A stretch of DNA of 64,000 bases from Candidatus Daviesbacteria bacterium (GTDB lineage Bacteria; Patescibacteriota; Microgenomatia; Daviesbacterales; UBA10151): assembly GCA_016432425.1 (NCBI GenBank), contig CP066688.1, positions 84,368-148,367 of the forward strand. The letters run 5' to 3'. Shown one piece after another: positions 30,290 to 39,274 of the stretch. A model generated the notes under the pieces. The model was not told the DNA's origin, ran no database searches, and saw only the letters and a program-made list of their open reading frames with translations. Both the position numbers and the translations under genes were made by a program. Within the stretch, counting starts at the first letter, position 1. Each line of letters opens with the position of its first letter.

Positions 30290-31059
30290 CTTGGATAACT
30301 TTTCTTTTTGCTTAAAGCGATATAACCAAATCCTAAATCAGTTTTTATAAACAAATCCATTATTTTAAACATGGGGTATAAAATTAATGGGCTGGTGACC
30401 AAAGATTTTAATCTGGGATCATACTCCTGCTGAATACTGCTTTCTTTAGTCTTAGCATCTTTACTTAAGTTCTTACTAAAAGATTTAATCAACCTGCCAG
30501 TCTTGGTTATTCTTCTTAAGATCCATAAAAAGGGGAAACCATAGCTCAAAATAGTCTCAACCAGAAATCCAGCTTTTTCCAGTTTTTCTTTTAATTCTTT
30601 TCTTTCGTACCTTCTAAAATGGCCTTTGATTTCATCCATCTTATCCCATTCTGACATGTGGGCTGGTATTGACATTAAAAAAGTTCCTCCCGGTTTTAAT
30701 AATTGATAGATTTTTTTCATAGCCAGCTGATCATTTTTTATATGTTCTAATGTTTCAAAACTAAAGATCACATCATATTTTTTATTAGATTTAAAGGTAA
30801 AAATATCAGCTTGTTTAATATTAATCCCCTTAGCCCCATTCAATTGACCTCGCGCTATCTTAACCGCCTCTTCTGAAATATCAATATAGTCTCCTTTAAA
30901 TCCCTGTTTCAGAAGATATTTAACAAATTCACCGTTTCCCGCCCCCACATCCAGAAAATAGCTATTTTTATCTAAAACTTGAGAAAATTTTTTATACAAA
31001 TAGTTTCTATATAAAAAGGTAGGGGTAGGTACCCACATAAATTTTTGGTCTCTTTTCAT
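30286..31059 (-). CDS. Class I SAM-dependent methyltransferase
   Basis: LDVGAGNG, ETLEHI, LKPGG, GHFRRY. Confidence 0.9.
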   Translation of the reverse strand: MKRDQKFMWVPTPTFLYRNYLYKKFSQVLDKNSYFLDVGAGNGEFVKYLLKQGFKGDYIDISEEAVKIARGQLNGAKGINIKQADIFTFKSNKKYDVIFSFETLEHIKNDQLAMKKIYQLLKPGGTFLMSIPAHMSEWDKMDEIKGHFRRYERKELKEKLEKAGFLVETILSYGFPFLWILRRITKTGRLIKSFSKNLSKDAKTKESSIQQEYDPRLKSLVTSPLILYPMFKIMDLFIKTDLGFGYIALSKKKSYPR

Positions 31060-31062
31060 AAT

Positions 31063-33180
31063 TTATTTTGTTTCCTTAACATCTGGCAAACTAAATACTT
31101 TTAAACTTTGTATATTAAACAAACAGGCATCAGACGGAGACAATTTTAGTCTAATATACCTAGCTCTTTCCCCTAAAAATGAATAGACAAATCTGCCATC
31201 CTTTGGTTGCTCACCGTACACCGCAATTTGACCGGTGGGCAATTTATCTCCCAGTTCTATCTCCTTGCTACCATCTAAAGAAATACTGACCACACCATAT
31301 TTTAAATCCTGGCAATTTACCAGATCGTAAGCGGAGCTTGAAATTCTCGTTATACTCGAATTATAAAAAGCTTCCAAATAGGATAAAGCAGCCGGTATCT
31401 TGAGGTCAATATCTATCATCCCGTTTAATCTTTTAACTGACACATCTTCTATTAGTTTTTGATTTTTAAATCCCTCTTTTGTATGCGCTGTATCGTTTTC
31501 CCAGATTTTTAAAATTGCTACTCCATCTACTTGTGTCTCATATACAGGATTAACTTGTTGTTCTAAATATTTATCATAATATGAACGGTTAATGACCCCA
31601 TCATAAGTCAAAGTCATGGCATAATCCCCTCTTCTTAAGGGGCCGCTTCTTCTGGAGTTATGAAATAATATATCGGGACGGACCCAAATTAAGGGAATAT
31701 TCGGCATTAGTTCATAGACAAAATCTGCTTCGGCATTTGGTGGCGCATTTTTATTAAGCCAGACTACTCCCTGTCTGTAAGCCGAACCAAAACTATTACC
31801 CCACGAAGGAATTTGTTTTTCCTTGGCCCCAGATAAACCTCCTGTTAAAAAATTAAAATAAACATTTTCATTGGGATGAATTTGAACCAACCTAATAACT
31901 ACTGGGATAAAGGCCAAAAGTATTAAGATACTAATTACCTTCTTATACCGCCATCGTGTTAAAAAAGAAGCGCCCAGCCCAGAAAGTATGGCTAGAGCCG
32001 GAATATATTCCATAATTTGCCTAACACCACCATAAATAGTAGCACCGGGCCAAATTACCCGCAGGATTGGTACTAACAACCATAACAATATTAAAAGAGA
32101 AACCTTATCTTTTTCCGATTTTATTTTAATCAAGGCAAAAATAAAACCAATCAGCGATAAAAGTAAAGTTAAAGGGGGAGTGGTAGATATTATCCATAGA
32201 AGCGGGTAAGTATTCGCTCCTAAAGGTCCTAAGAAATCACGGTTGACATTAACTGTTAAACCAATAGTTTTATAAAAATTAAAAACCCTCCATAAACCAT
32301 ATTCAAAATCCTGCCAAAGATAAGGCCAAGTTGCCAGAAAAATGACAAAACCCACAAGAGGAACTAAAAATAACGAAATCACAAACCGCCTATTAGAAGA
32401 AATCTTCAAAAAAGCATTAATTTTGTTTAAAATATTTTTTTTATATTCTATTGATTTACCAAGCGCCAATACCAAAAACCAAGGAGCAATAACTAAACTG
32501 GAAAATAGAATATTAAACTTGGTTCCAAGTCCTAAACCAAAAACTAATCCTGAAAATAAAATCCACTTTGCCTTTAAGATTTTAACCCCATACCAAATTA
32601 AAAAAAGAAACAACGACCAGTAAAAACTCTCCGGTATATCTTTTTCAGTGTTAAAGTGCATCTCCGAGAAAAAAAGCGGGTAGGTGATGAGTGAAAGTGC
32701 CGCCACAAAACCGGCAAATTTGCCATAAATTTTGCTAGTCCAAAAAAATACCAGTCCGACGAGCAATGAAGCTAGTAAAACTCCATAAACCCGGTAAGAA
32801 TCTACATCGTTAATTAAATGTAATTTTTGAAAAAGAATTAAATTAAATCCGGCACTTAAAATATCGCTAATGGGCGGGTGTCCATCTCCATCGATTTTCA
32901 TATAAGTCTCAAAAGTGACAGAATCATTCTGGTAATAACTTCTTTTAGTTATATCGGAGATATCTTTGTCTGCATCAATCCTTAGAGTCTCTGGATTTTG
33001 GTAATACTTTTGAAAAGAAGGCAGATCATTATAATCTTTTCTACCTGTTAAAAAATAATGCAGATAAGCTTGTCCTCTGGGTAAATGATTAATGGTATCC
33101 CAATTAATTCCATAATGAGGTAAGGTAACTAAACCCAATATAAAAACAAAAAGACAAATTAGTAGTGTTAATTTTTTCAC
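31063..33180 (-). CDS. ArnT/PMT_2-family GT-C (paralog of 26575..28599)
   Basis: YGINWDT..HL.RGQAYL, HPP, YGGVRQIMEYIP; C-terminal ARYIRL. Confidence 0.85.
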   Translation of the reverse strand: MKKLTLLICLFVFILGLVTLPHYGINWDTINHLPRGQAYLHYFLTGRKDYNDLPSFQKYYQNPETLRIDADKDISDITKRSYYQNDSVTFETYMKIDGDGHPPISDILSAGFNLILFQKLHLINDVDSYRVYGVLLASLLVGLVFFWTSKIYGKFAGFVAALSLITYPLFFSEMHFNTEKDIPESFYWSLFLFLIWYGVKILKAKWILFSGLVFGLGLGTKFNILFSSLVIAPWFLVLALGKSIEYKKNILNKINAFLKISSNRRFVISLFLVPLVGFVIFLATWPYLWQDFEYGLWRVFNFYKTIGLTVNVNRDFLGPLGANTYPLLWIISTTPPLTLLLSLIGFIFALIKIKSEKDKVSLLILLWLLVPILRVIWPGATIYGGVRQIMEYIPALAILSGLGASFLTRWRYKKVISILILLAFIPVVIRLVQIHPNENVYFNFLTGGLSGAKEKQIPSWGNSFGSAYRQGVVWLNKNAPPNAEADFVYELMPNIPLIWVRPDILFHNSRRSGPLRRGDYAMTLTYDGVINRSYYDKYLEQQVNPVYETQVDGVAILKIWENDTAHTKEGFKNQKLIEDVSVKRLNGMIDIDLKIPAALSYLEAFYNSSITRISSSAYDLVNCQDLKYGVVSISLDGSKEIELGDKLPTGQIAVYGEQPKDGRFVYSFLGERARYIRLKLSPSDACLFNIQSLKVFSLPDVKETK

Positions 33181-33181
33181 T

Positions 33182-34327
33182 TTAATTTAAGCTTTTAATT
33201 TCTTTAAGAAAATTATCTACTATCCTATTTAATTGAAAATCTTTAACTAAAACTTTTATTTTTTTGGCATTTTGCTTTTTTATTTTTTTACCATTTTCTA
33301 TCATTTTACTCATCATTTCAGACAACTGCAGGGGGTCTTCTCTATTGAAGATATACCCTAATTTGTTTTCCGGAATAAAGGTGGGCATATCCCCTACTGA
33401 AGAACCCACTATCGGTAAATTCGCTTGTAGTGCCTCTGTGATCACCAGCGGAAAACTCTCACTCCGGGAAGGAATTATTAAAGCATCGCAAGCTAATAAA
33501 TAGCCATTGACCAAATCTTGATCTTCAATATAACCTAAAAGCGAAACTACTTTTAAGTTTTCATCTCTTAATTTATACTTAAGCTGATCAAACATAGATC
33601 CACCACCTATCATAGAAACCGTAAAATCAGATCTTTTACTTGACAATATTTTTACTGCTTCTATTAATATATCAGGGCCTTTAACTGACTCTAGTCTGCC
33701 CAAAAACAAAAAGTTAAATTTATCTTGGGGAAGATTAATTTTTTTTGAGGCAGCTAATTTTAAGCTATTGGCAGTAGGCAAAAATTTTGCGTTTACTTTA
33801 CTGATATTTTTTATTCTGCTACAAATATCTAAACTATTACCAAATGCTTTATTGGTATTTTGTAAAACAGAGACAACCAGCATTTTGAGAAGAGGCAGCT
33901 TCCCATAAACGTAAATATCAGAACCCAAGGCCCAAGTTACATAGGGTGTTCCTAATTTATCCTTAGCACTCATGGCAAAAACACCTCCCGGAATATTCCA
34001 AAAACTTAAAACTGTATCAATTTGATTTTCTTTGATAAACTTTAATATTTCTCTGCGTCCAGTAAATAAAAGATTAGCTGTTAAAAGTAGGTCAAAAGGA
34101 TTCCACCATTTAGAATTGCCTAATTTTTGGTTTCCTCCCCACCAATTAAACCAGGTCACTGGTATATCTTGATAATCTTCTTTTTTGCCAGCATAATTCG
34201 GACAAAAAACAAAAACTTTTTCTACTTTTTTAGAAAGTTCGTGGGCAAAATGGTAGATGAAGTTGCCCGCGTCTTTGCTTTGTCCTTTATATAAAGGATA
34301 ATTATGAGTCACTATTCCTATTCTCAT
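33182..34327 (-). CDS. GT4 glycosyltransferase
   Basis: FLGRL..VKG, PSRSESFPLVITEA. Confidence 0.9.
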   Translation of the reverse strand: MRIGIVTHNYPLYKGQSKDAGNFIYHFAHELSKKVEKVFVFCPNYAGKKEDYQDIPVTWFNWWGGNQKLGNSKWWNPFDLLLTANLLFTGRREILKFIKENQIDTVLSFWNIPGGVFAMSAKDKLGTPYVTWALGSDIYVYGKLPLLKMLVVSVLQNTNKAFGNSLDICSRIKNISKVNAKFLPTANSLKLAASKKINLPQDKFNFLFLGRLESVKGPDILIEAVKILSSKRSDFTVSMIGGGSMFDQLKYKLRDENLKVVSLLGYIEDQDLVNGYLLACDALIIPSRSESFPLVITEALQANLPIVGSSVGDMPTFIPENKLGYIFNREDPLQLSEMMSKMIENGKKIKKQNAKKIKVLVKDFQLNRIVDNFLKEIKSLN

Positions 34328-34328
34328 T

Positions 34329-35180
34329 TTAAGAGGCTGAGAGGGTTAATTTAAGACCTTCGTCGATGTTCATTTTGGGCTCCCAACCTAGTTTTCTTTT
34401 AGCTTGCGAAATATCTGCCAAAGTCTCAGGAATATCATTTGGTCTTTCCTCGTGCTTATCTATCAAAGATGCCTCATCTAATCCTGCGGCCTGTATTAAC
34501 TTTCTGGCAATTTCTGCTATTGAGTAACTTTCACCAGAACCGATATTTATAGCATCAAACCCTGTATTGCCCGCTTCCAAAGCTTTTAGATAGGCCGAAA
34601 CCACATCTGAAATATAAACAAAATCTCTTTTAGGCCTCCCGTCTAAAATAGTTACCTTCCCATCTCTTTTTAGTTCTCCTATCATTTGGGAGATAACCAT
34701 ATTTTCCGCCTGTCCCGGGCCATAAATATTAAAAAATCGCAGAGAAATAACAGGGATATCATATCTTCCAGAGTAGATTCTGCAAAGTGCCTCAGCACTT
34801 AATTTACTTAAACCATAGGGATTTTCTGCTGACAGTGGATGTTCCTCTGTAATGGGAAGTTTTTGGGGAATACCATATAAATAAGAAGCAGCAAAAATAA
34901 CTTTCGCTTTTACTTTCCGGGCAAATTCTAAAACATTTAAAGTCCCTAACAAATTAACCTTCAAAACTTCCTCTGGTTTTTCCCAAGACAAAGGCACATT
35001 AGCTATGGCAGCCAAATGGATAACAGTTGCGATATCAGAGGGTAAATTATCAAAATCTTGCTTTTTAGTAACATCTTTTCCTTGAGATAAATTAAACTCC
35101 ACAATATCTCTTCCCCTTAAACCTGCTGCTAAATGTTGACCAACAAAACCATGACTTCCAGTAATTAATATTTTCTCCAT
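34329..35180 (-). CDS. NAD-dependent epimerase/reductase (extended SDR)
   Basis: GSHGFVG, YGLSK, RFFNIYGPGQ, RDFVY. Confidence 0.9.
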   Translation of the reverse strand: MEKILITGSHGFVGQHLAAGLRGRDIVEFNLSQGKDVTKKQDFDNLPSDIATVIHLAAIANVPLSWEKPEEVLKVNLLGTLNVLEFARKVKAKVIFAASYLYGIPQKLPITEEHPLSAENPYGLSKLSAEALCRIYSGRYDIPVISLRFFNIYGPGQAENMVISQMIGELKRDGKVTILDGRPKRDFVYISDVVSAYLKALEAGNTGFDAINIGSGESYSIAEIARKLIQAAGLDEASLIDKHEERPNDIPETLADISQAKRKLGWEPKMNIDEGLKLTLSAS

Positions 35181-35181
35181 T

Positions 35182-36183
35182 TTAGATGTTATAAATCTCC
35201 GGCTTATATTTATCTAAATTCTCGCGAATGTAGTCAATTGTCTCTCGAAGCCCCTCTTCAAAAGTAGTTTCTGGTTGCCAGTTAGTTAAATCAACTAAGT
35301 TTTTATTGGAACAAATCAATTTCCAAACTTCACTTTTTTCTGGCCTAATTCTTTCATCGTCTGTAATTACTTCTTTTTTTATATTAGTTAACTTACAAAT
35401 CATCTGATAAATTTCTTCGATACTGTAACCTTTACCCACTCCAATATTGAAAACTTTCCCTATAGTTTCGTCGGTGAGAGCAATTTTAATCATGGCTTTG
35501 GCGCTGTCTCTGGCAAAGGTATAATCCCTCACCGGTTTTAATGAACCAAGTTTAATTTTTTTAATTTTATCTGATAAGATTTGTGAAATTATTGTTGGTA
35601 TAACGGCTCTGGCTGATTGTCTGGGTCCAAAATTATTAAAAGGCCTGACTATGGTAACAGGCAGGCCAAATGATAAAAAGTAGCTCATGGCTGCCTTATC
35701 AGACCCGACCTTCGAAGCAGCATACGGGGATTGAGCTTGCTGGGGATGGTTTTCATCCATGGGTTCATAAAGGGCGGTCCCATAGACCTCACTGGTCGAG
35801 GTATTAAGAAAACGTTTCACTTTTGCTTTTCTGGCCGCTTCTAAAAGATTAACCGTTCCTAAAACATTTGTTTGAAAATAACTACTGGGTGCGATATACG
35901 AATAAGGTATGGCTATCAAAGCTGCCAGATGAAAAATAATTTCTTGATCCTCTAGAAGTCTTTCGCAAAAATGCGGGTCATTGATATCACCCAAAACCAC
36001 CTCAAGGTTTTTATGGGATTTTAAATTTTTAATATTTTCTAGAAGACCCCATTTACCTTCAGAATTGTAGTAAACCAAGGCTCGTACTTTAGCTCCTTGT
36101 TTTAGTAATTCTTCCACTAAGTGGCTGCCAATAAAACCATCAGCGCCGGTCACTAAACATCTAACGTTTTTAATATCTTTCAT
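35182..36183 (-). CDS. NDP-sugar 4,6-dehydratase (LegB-like SDR)
   Basis: TGADGFIGSHL, HLAALIAIPYSY, TSTSEVYG, YAASK, GPRQSARAVIP. Confidence 0.85.
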   Translation of the reverse strand: MKDIKNVRCLVTGADGFIGSHLVEELLKQGAKVRALVYYNSEGKWGLLENIKNLKSHKNLEVVLGDINDPHFCERLLEDQEIIFHLAALIAIPYSYIAPSSYFQTNVLGTVNLLEAARKAKVKRFLNTSTSEVYGTALYEPMDENHPQQAQSPYAASKVGSDKAAMSYFLSFGLPVTIVRPFNNFGPRQSARAVIPTIISQILSDKIKKIKLGSLKPVRDYTFARDSAKAMIKIALTDETIGKVFNIGVGKGYSIEEIYQMICKLTNIKKEVITDDERIRPEKSEVWKLICSNKNLVDLTNWQPETTFEEGLRETIDYIRENLDKYKPEIYNI

Positions 36184-36268
36184 AAATAGAATTATATCTT
36201 GAATTTAACTTAAAGAGCAAGCGAGTAAGCTTATTTACTTTCAAAATCATGTATAATCTTTATACAAG
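36184..36268. promoter_or_regulatory. Divergent -10 promoters
   Basis: Minus strand: TATAAT (36191-36196), 7 nt before the ATG at 36183. Plus strand: TATAAT (36252-36257) inside the palindrome TGTATAA-TCT-TTATACA. Confidence 0.55.
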
Positions 36269-37027
36269 ATGAAAAACAGAAAATATCAATTAAATTATGC
36301 CGCTGACAGACCACAAATGTATGACCAAGCCTCCCGCATCAAAAAAGCAGAGAGAATAGTAAAACTTTTAGCAGATTTTTTTGGTAAAAATAATTTAAAA
36401 AATCTATCAGTACTTGATATTGGTGCTTCCAGTGGCATCATTGATCATTTCTTAGCCCAACATTTTAAAGAGGTAACCGGAGCAGATATCGATGAAAAAG
36501 CTATTAAATTTGCTAAAGAATCTTTTAAAAGAAAAAATCTTAAATTTGAAATTGCAGATGCTATGAATCTAAAATATAAAAACAACAGTTTTGATGTAGT
36601 CATCTGTACCCATGTTTATGAACATGTTCCCCATCCTAAAAAATTATTTACAGAAATCAGAAGGGTTTTAACTCCAAACGGAGTTTGTTATTTAGCAGCT
36701 GTCAATAAGTTATGGCCACTTGAGCCTCATTACGACTTACCTTTTTTATCGTGGTTACCCAAAAGCCTGGCGAATTATTATGTTAGATTTACAGGCAAAG
36801 CCAATCAATATTACGAAACTTTATTTTCTTATTGGACTCTTAAAAAACTTACGAAAGAATTTAATGTCTTTGAGTTTACCGATAAAATACTGCGTGAACC
36901 AACTAAATTTGGGTTTAATGATACTTTACCAGAAGAAGGAATTATTAGTTTAATAGTTAAAATATTATCTCCCTTGGGAAAATATTTTGCCCCAACTTTT
37001 TTTTGGGTACTTCAAAAAACAACATGA
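36269..37027 (+). CDS. Class I SAM-dependent methyltransferase
   Basis: LDIGASSG, HVYEHV, EPHY.LPFLSWLP. Confidence 0.9.
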   Translation: MKNRKYQLNYAADRPQMYDQASRIKKAERIVKLLADFFGKNNLKNLSVLDIGASSGIIDHFLAQHFKEVTGADIDEKAIKFAKESFKRKNLKFEIADAMNLKYKNNSFDVVICTHVYEHVPHPKKLFTEIRRVLTPNGVCYLAAVNKLWPLEPHYDLPFLSWLPKSLANYYVRFTGKANQYYETLFSYWTLKKLTKEFNVFEFTDKILREPTKFGFNDTLPEEGIISLIVKILSPLGKYFAPTFFWVLQKTT

Positions 37028-37827
37028 AAAAAGGAGTTCTTTGCATTTCCATTGATACAGAGCTTTTGTGGGGTAGATGGGATAAAAATTATCAGCCATT
37101 CATAGAACGTACTAAAAAAGAAAGAGCTGTTATCCGAAATCTTTTATCGCTTTTTAAAAAATATCAGATACCAGTAACCTGGGCAGTAGTGGGAAACTTA
37201 TTTTTAGAACAAAAAAATAAAGATGCAAAGCTTTGGTCAGGAAAAGATATTATTAAATTAATTCAAGAAAATAAAATACACGAAATAGCCTCTCATTCCT
37301 TTTCTCATATAGAATTTGACAAAGCTACCAAAGATGAAGCTGAAAGTGAAATATCAAAATCAGTTAAAATAGCCCGGGAGAATAATGTTAATCTTACTTC
37401 ATTTGTTTTTCCTAGAAATAAAACTGGTCACTTAAGATTACTTAAAAAATATGGTTTTAAATCATTCCGGGGGCCCGACAAAAGAATTTGGGAGTTGATT
37501 TCCCCAACTATTCCTCCAGTTTATGAACCATATATTCAGTCAGGATTAGTTGTGATACCTGGGTCGATGTATTTTGTTTCAACTAGAGGGATGAAAAAAT
37601 ATATACCTCCAAATTTACGGTTTTTAAAAGCAAAATTAGGGATAGAAAATGCTATTAAAAACAAAAAAGTTTTTCATCTTTGGACACATCCAATAGATTT
37701 GGTAGATAATAATAACCAGTTACTTTGTGAACTGGAAAAAATATTAATTTATGCAACAGAGAAAAAGACTCAAGGTCAGTTGGAAATAAAAAACATGGGG
37801 GAGATTGCACAAGATTTTAATAATTAA
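37024..37827 (+). CDS. Polysaccharide deacetylase (CE4/WalW-like)
   Basis: SIDTELLWG, EIASHSFSH, SFVFPRN, FHLWTHP; ATGA overlap at 37024. Confidence 0.85.
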   Translation: MKKGVLCISIDTELLWGRWDKNYQPFIERTKKERAVIRNLLSLFKKYQIPVTWAVVGNLFLEQKNKDAKLWSGKDIIKLIQENKIHEIASHSFSHIEFDKATKDEAESEISKSVKIARENNVNLTSFVFPRNKTGHLRLLKKYGFKSFRGPDKRIWELISPTIPPVYEPYIQSGLVVIPGSMYFVSTRGMKKYIPPNLRFLKAKLGIENAIKNKKVFHLWTHPIDLVDNNNQLLCELEKILIYATEKKTQGQLEIKNMGEIAQDFNN

Positions 37828-38714
37828 TCTTTTAATCGAGCCAAAATATACAGACCTAAAAAAGACAGCGCCTCGGAAGAAAGTAACACTACCCTAAAAA
37901 TAATTGCTAACAAAGTTGCTGTTGGCAGTGGCATATAGAAAGAAAGTAAAAAAGCTAAAACCGCTTCCATGACCCCAAAACCGCCGGGAGCAAAAATTGA
38001 CAAATACCCTACCATCCAAGAAAAAGCATACATTCCTAAAACTGTTGGTAATTTAGTGATATCTAAGTTAGACAAGGCAAAAAGTGTTAAACCGGGAAAG
38101 ATAAAAGTGGAGGAAAAAGCTAAGGCCAAAAGGAACAAACGACTAGTAGGCAAATTTAAACTTTCGAGTGCCTGATATTCCGGTCTTTTTAATTTTTTAA
38201 GAACTTTACTGAATATATTTATAAGTTGGCGATTACCGAATGATAAGGGAACAAAAAATAGCAACAATATTAAAAGTGGTATCTGGAACTTTGATAATGC
38301 CTCATCTTGGGAAATAATAGTTAATATGCTTAAGGAGAAAATACCACCAACCCCTAAACTAAAAAGAAGCTCTAAAAGTATCGCCATCAAACTTTTTAAG
38401 TGAGAAACTTTTTGTTTGGTTAATAAAAAAATTCTACTCGGATATTGGAAGATTCCTCCCGGTAAAAATCTGGAAATATTAGAATACATCCAAATTTGAG
38501 CATCGGTCAACAAATCAATCTTAAAGTTTAACACTCTGGTTGTTGCATGCCAAGCCAAAATATTAAAGAGGTATATCGGGAGGGCAAAAAGTGTAACTAA
38601 TAGAAAATTAATACTTCCCCAAAAATTTACTAAATCATTTTTGTAATGAGAAATATTCCATAAAAGATATCCAAAAATTAATAAAACTATTAAAGCAGAG
38701 ATTTTCTTCACCAC
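37824..38714 (-). CDS. Lysylphosphatidylglycerol synthase TM-domain protein (flippase-like)
   Basis: SNISRFLPG, APGGFGVMEA, FR; about 8 TMs. Confidence 0.8.
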   Translation of the reverse strand: MVKKISALIVLLIFGYLLWNISHYKNDLVNFWGSINFLLVTLFALPIYLFNILAWHATTRVLNFKIDLLTDAQIWMYSNISRFLPGGIFQYPSRIFLLTKQKVSHLKSLMAILLELLFSLGVGGIFSLSILTIISQDEALSKFQIPLLILLLFFVPLSFGNRQLINIFSKVLKKLKRPEYQALESLNLPTSRLFLLALAFSSTFIFPGLTLFALSNLDITKLPTVLGMYAFSWMVGYLSIFAPGGFGVMEAVLAFLLSFYMPLPTATLLAIIFRVVLLSSEALSFLGLYILARLKD

Positions 38715-39236
38715 TCAAGTATTATTAAGTTTATCAGAGTAAATTTTAGTAGCAGCAACATCCTGATCTAACAATAGCCACCAGCCAGACTCCACCGGAA
38801 AATGGTCTCTTAAACCTTCCAAAATCTTCCGGTGTCTGTCAAAAAGGGCTGTCATGTCTTTTCTTTTTTCATTTAGATGATTGTTAATAATAAAATCAGT
38901 CAACACTCCCAAATAGCTGGTATATCTGCTGGTAGTATCCTCCAAGAGATAATCTTTATCAGTATAACTTTCTGAATTAATTACAAATTTTAGTTCAGCT
39001 AATCTTTTTTCAGTTAAGTTTTGATGGTAACTAACTTTGTCTTGATTGTTAAATTTTAAAAATAGTTGTAATTTCTCTGCGATTTTTTCAAAAAATCCTG
39101 CCACATGATTTACCTGTATGTTTATTGAAGAATTTCCCGATTCTTGTGCATATGCACTATTATTCAACACCAAGCCAAAAATAAAAATTATGGCAGTTAA
39201 AAAAATAAGCAAAAAATAACTTTTGATACTTCTCAT
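38715..39236 (-). CDS. Secreted helical protein, DUF5667-like
   Basis: Signal peptide ending AYA-Q; EKLQLFLKF...EKRLAEL pattern. Confidence 0.55.
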   Translation of the reverse strand: MRSIKSYFLLIFLTAIIFIFGLVLNNSAYAQESGNSSINIQVNHVAGFFEKIAEKLQLFLKFNNQDKVSYHQNLTEKRLAELKFVINSESYTDKDYLLEDTTSRYTSYLGVLTDFIINNHLNEKRKDMTALFDRHRKILEGLRDHFPVESGWWLLLDQDVAATKIYSDKLNNT

Positions 39237-39274
39237 TGATTGATTAATACCATTTTATTATACTTGCCCTACTG

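Noticed and set aside
35182-36183. Legionaminic acid pathway (legB)
   Set aside because: The SDR is LegB-like, but no aminotransferase, NeuB, NeuC or NeuA partners are in the window, so no symbol was assigned.
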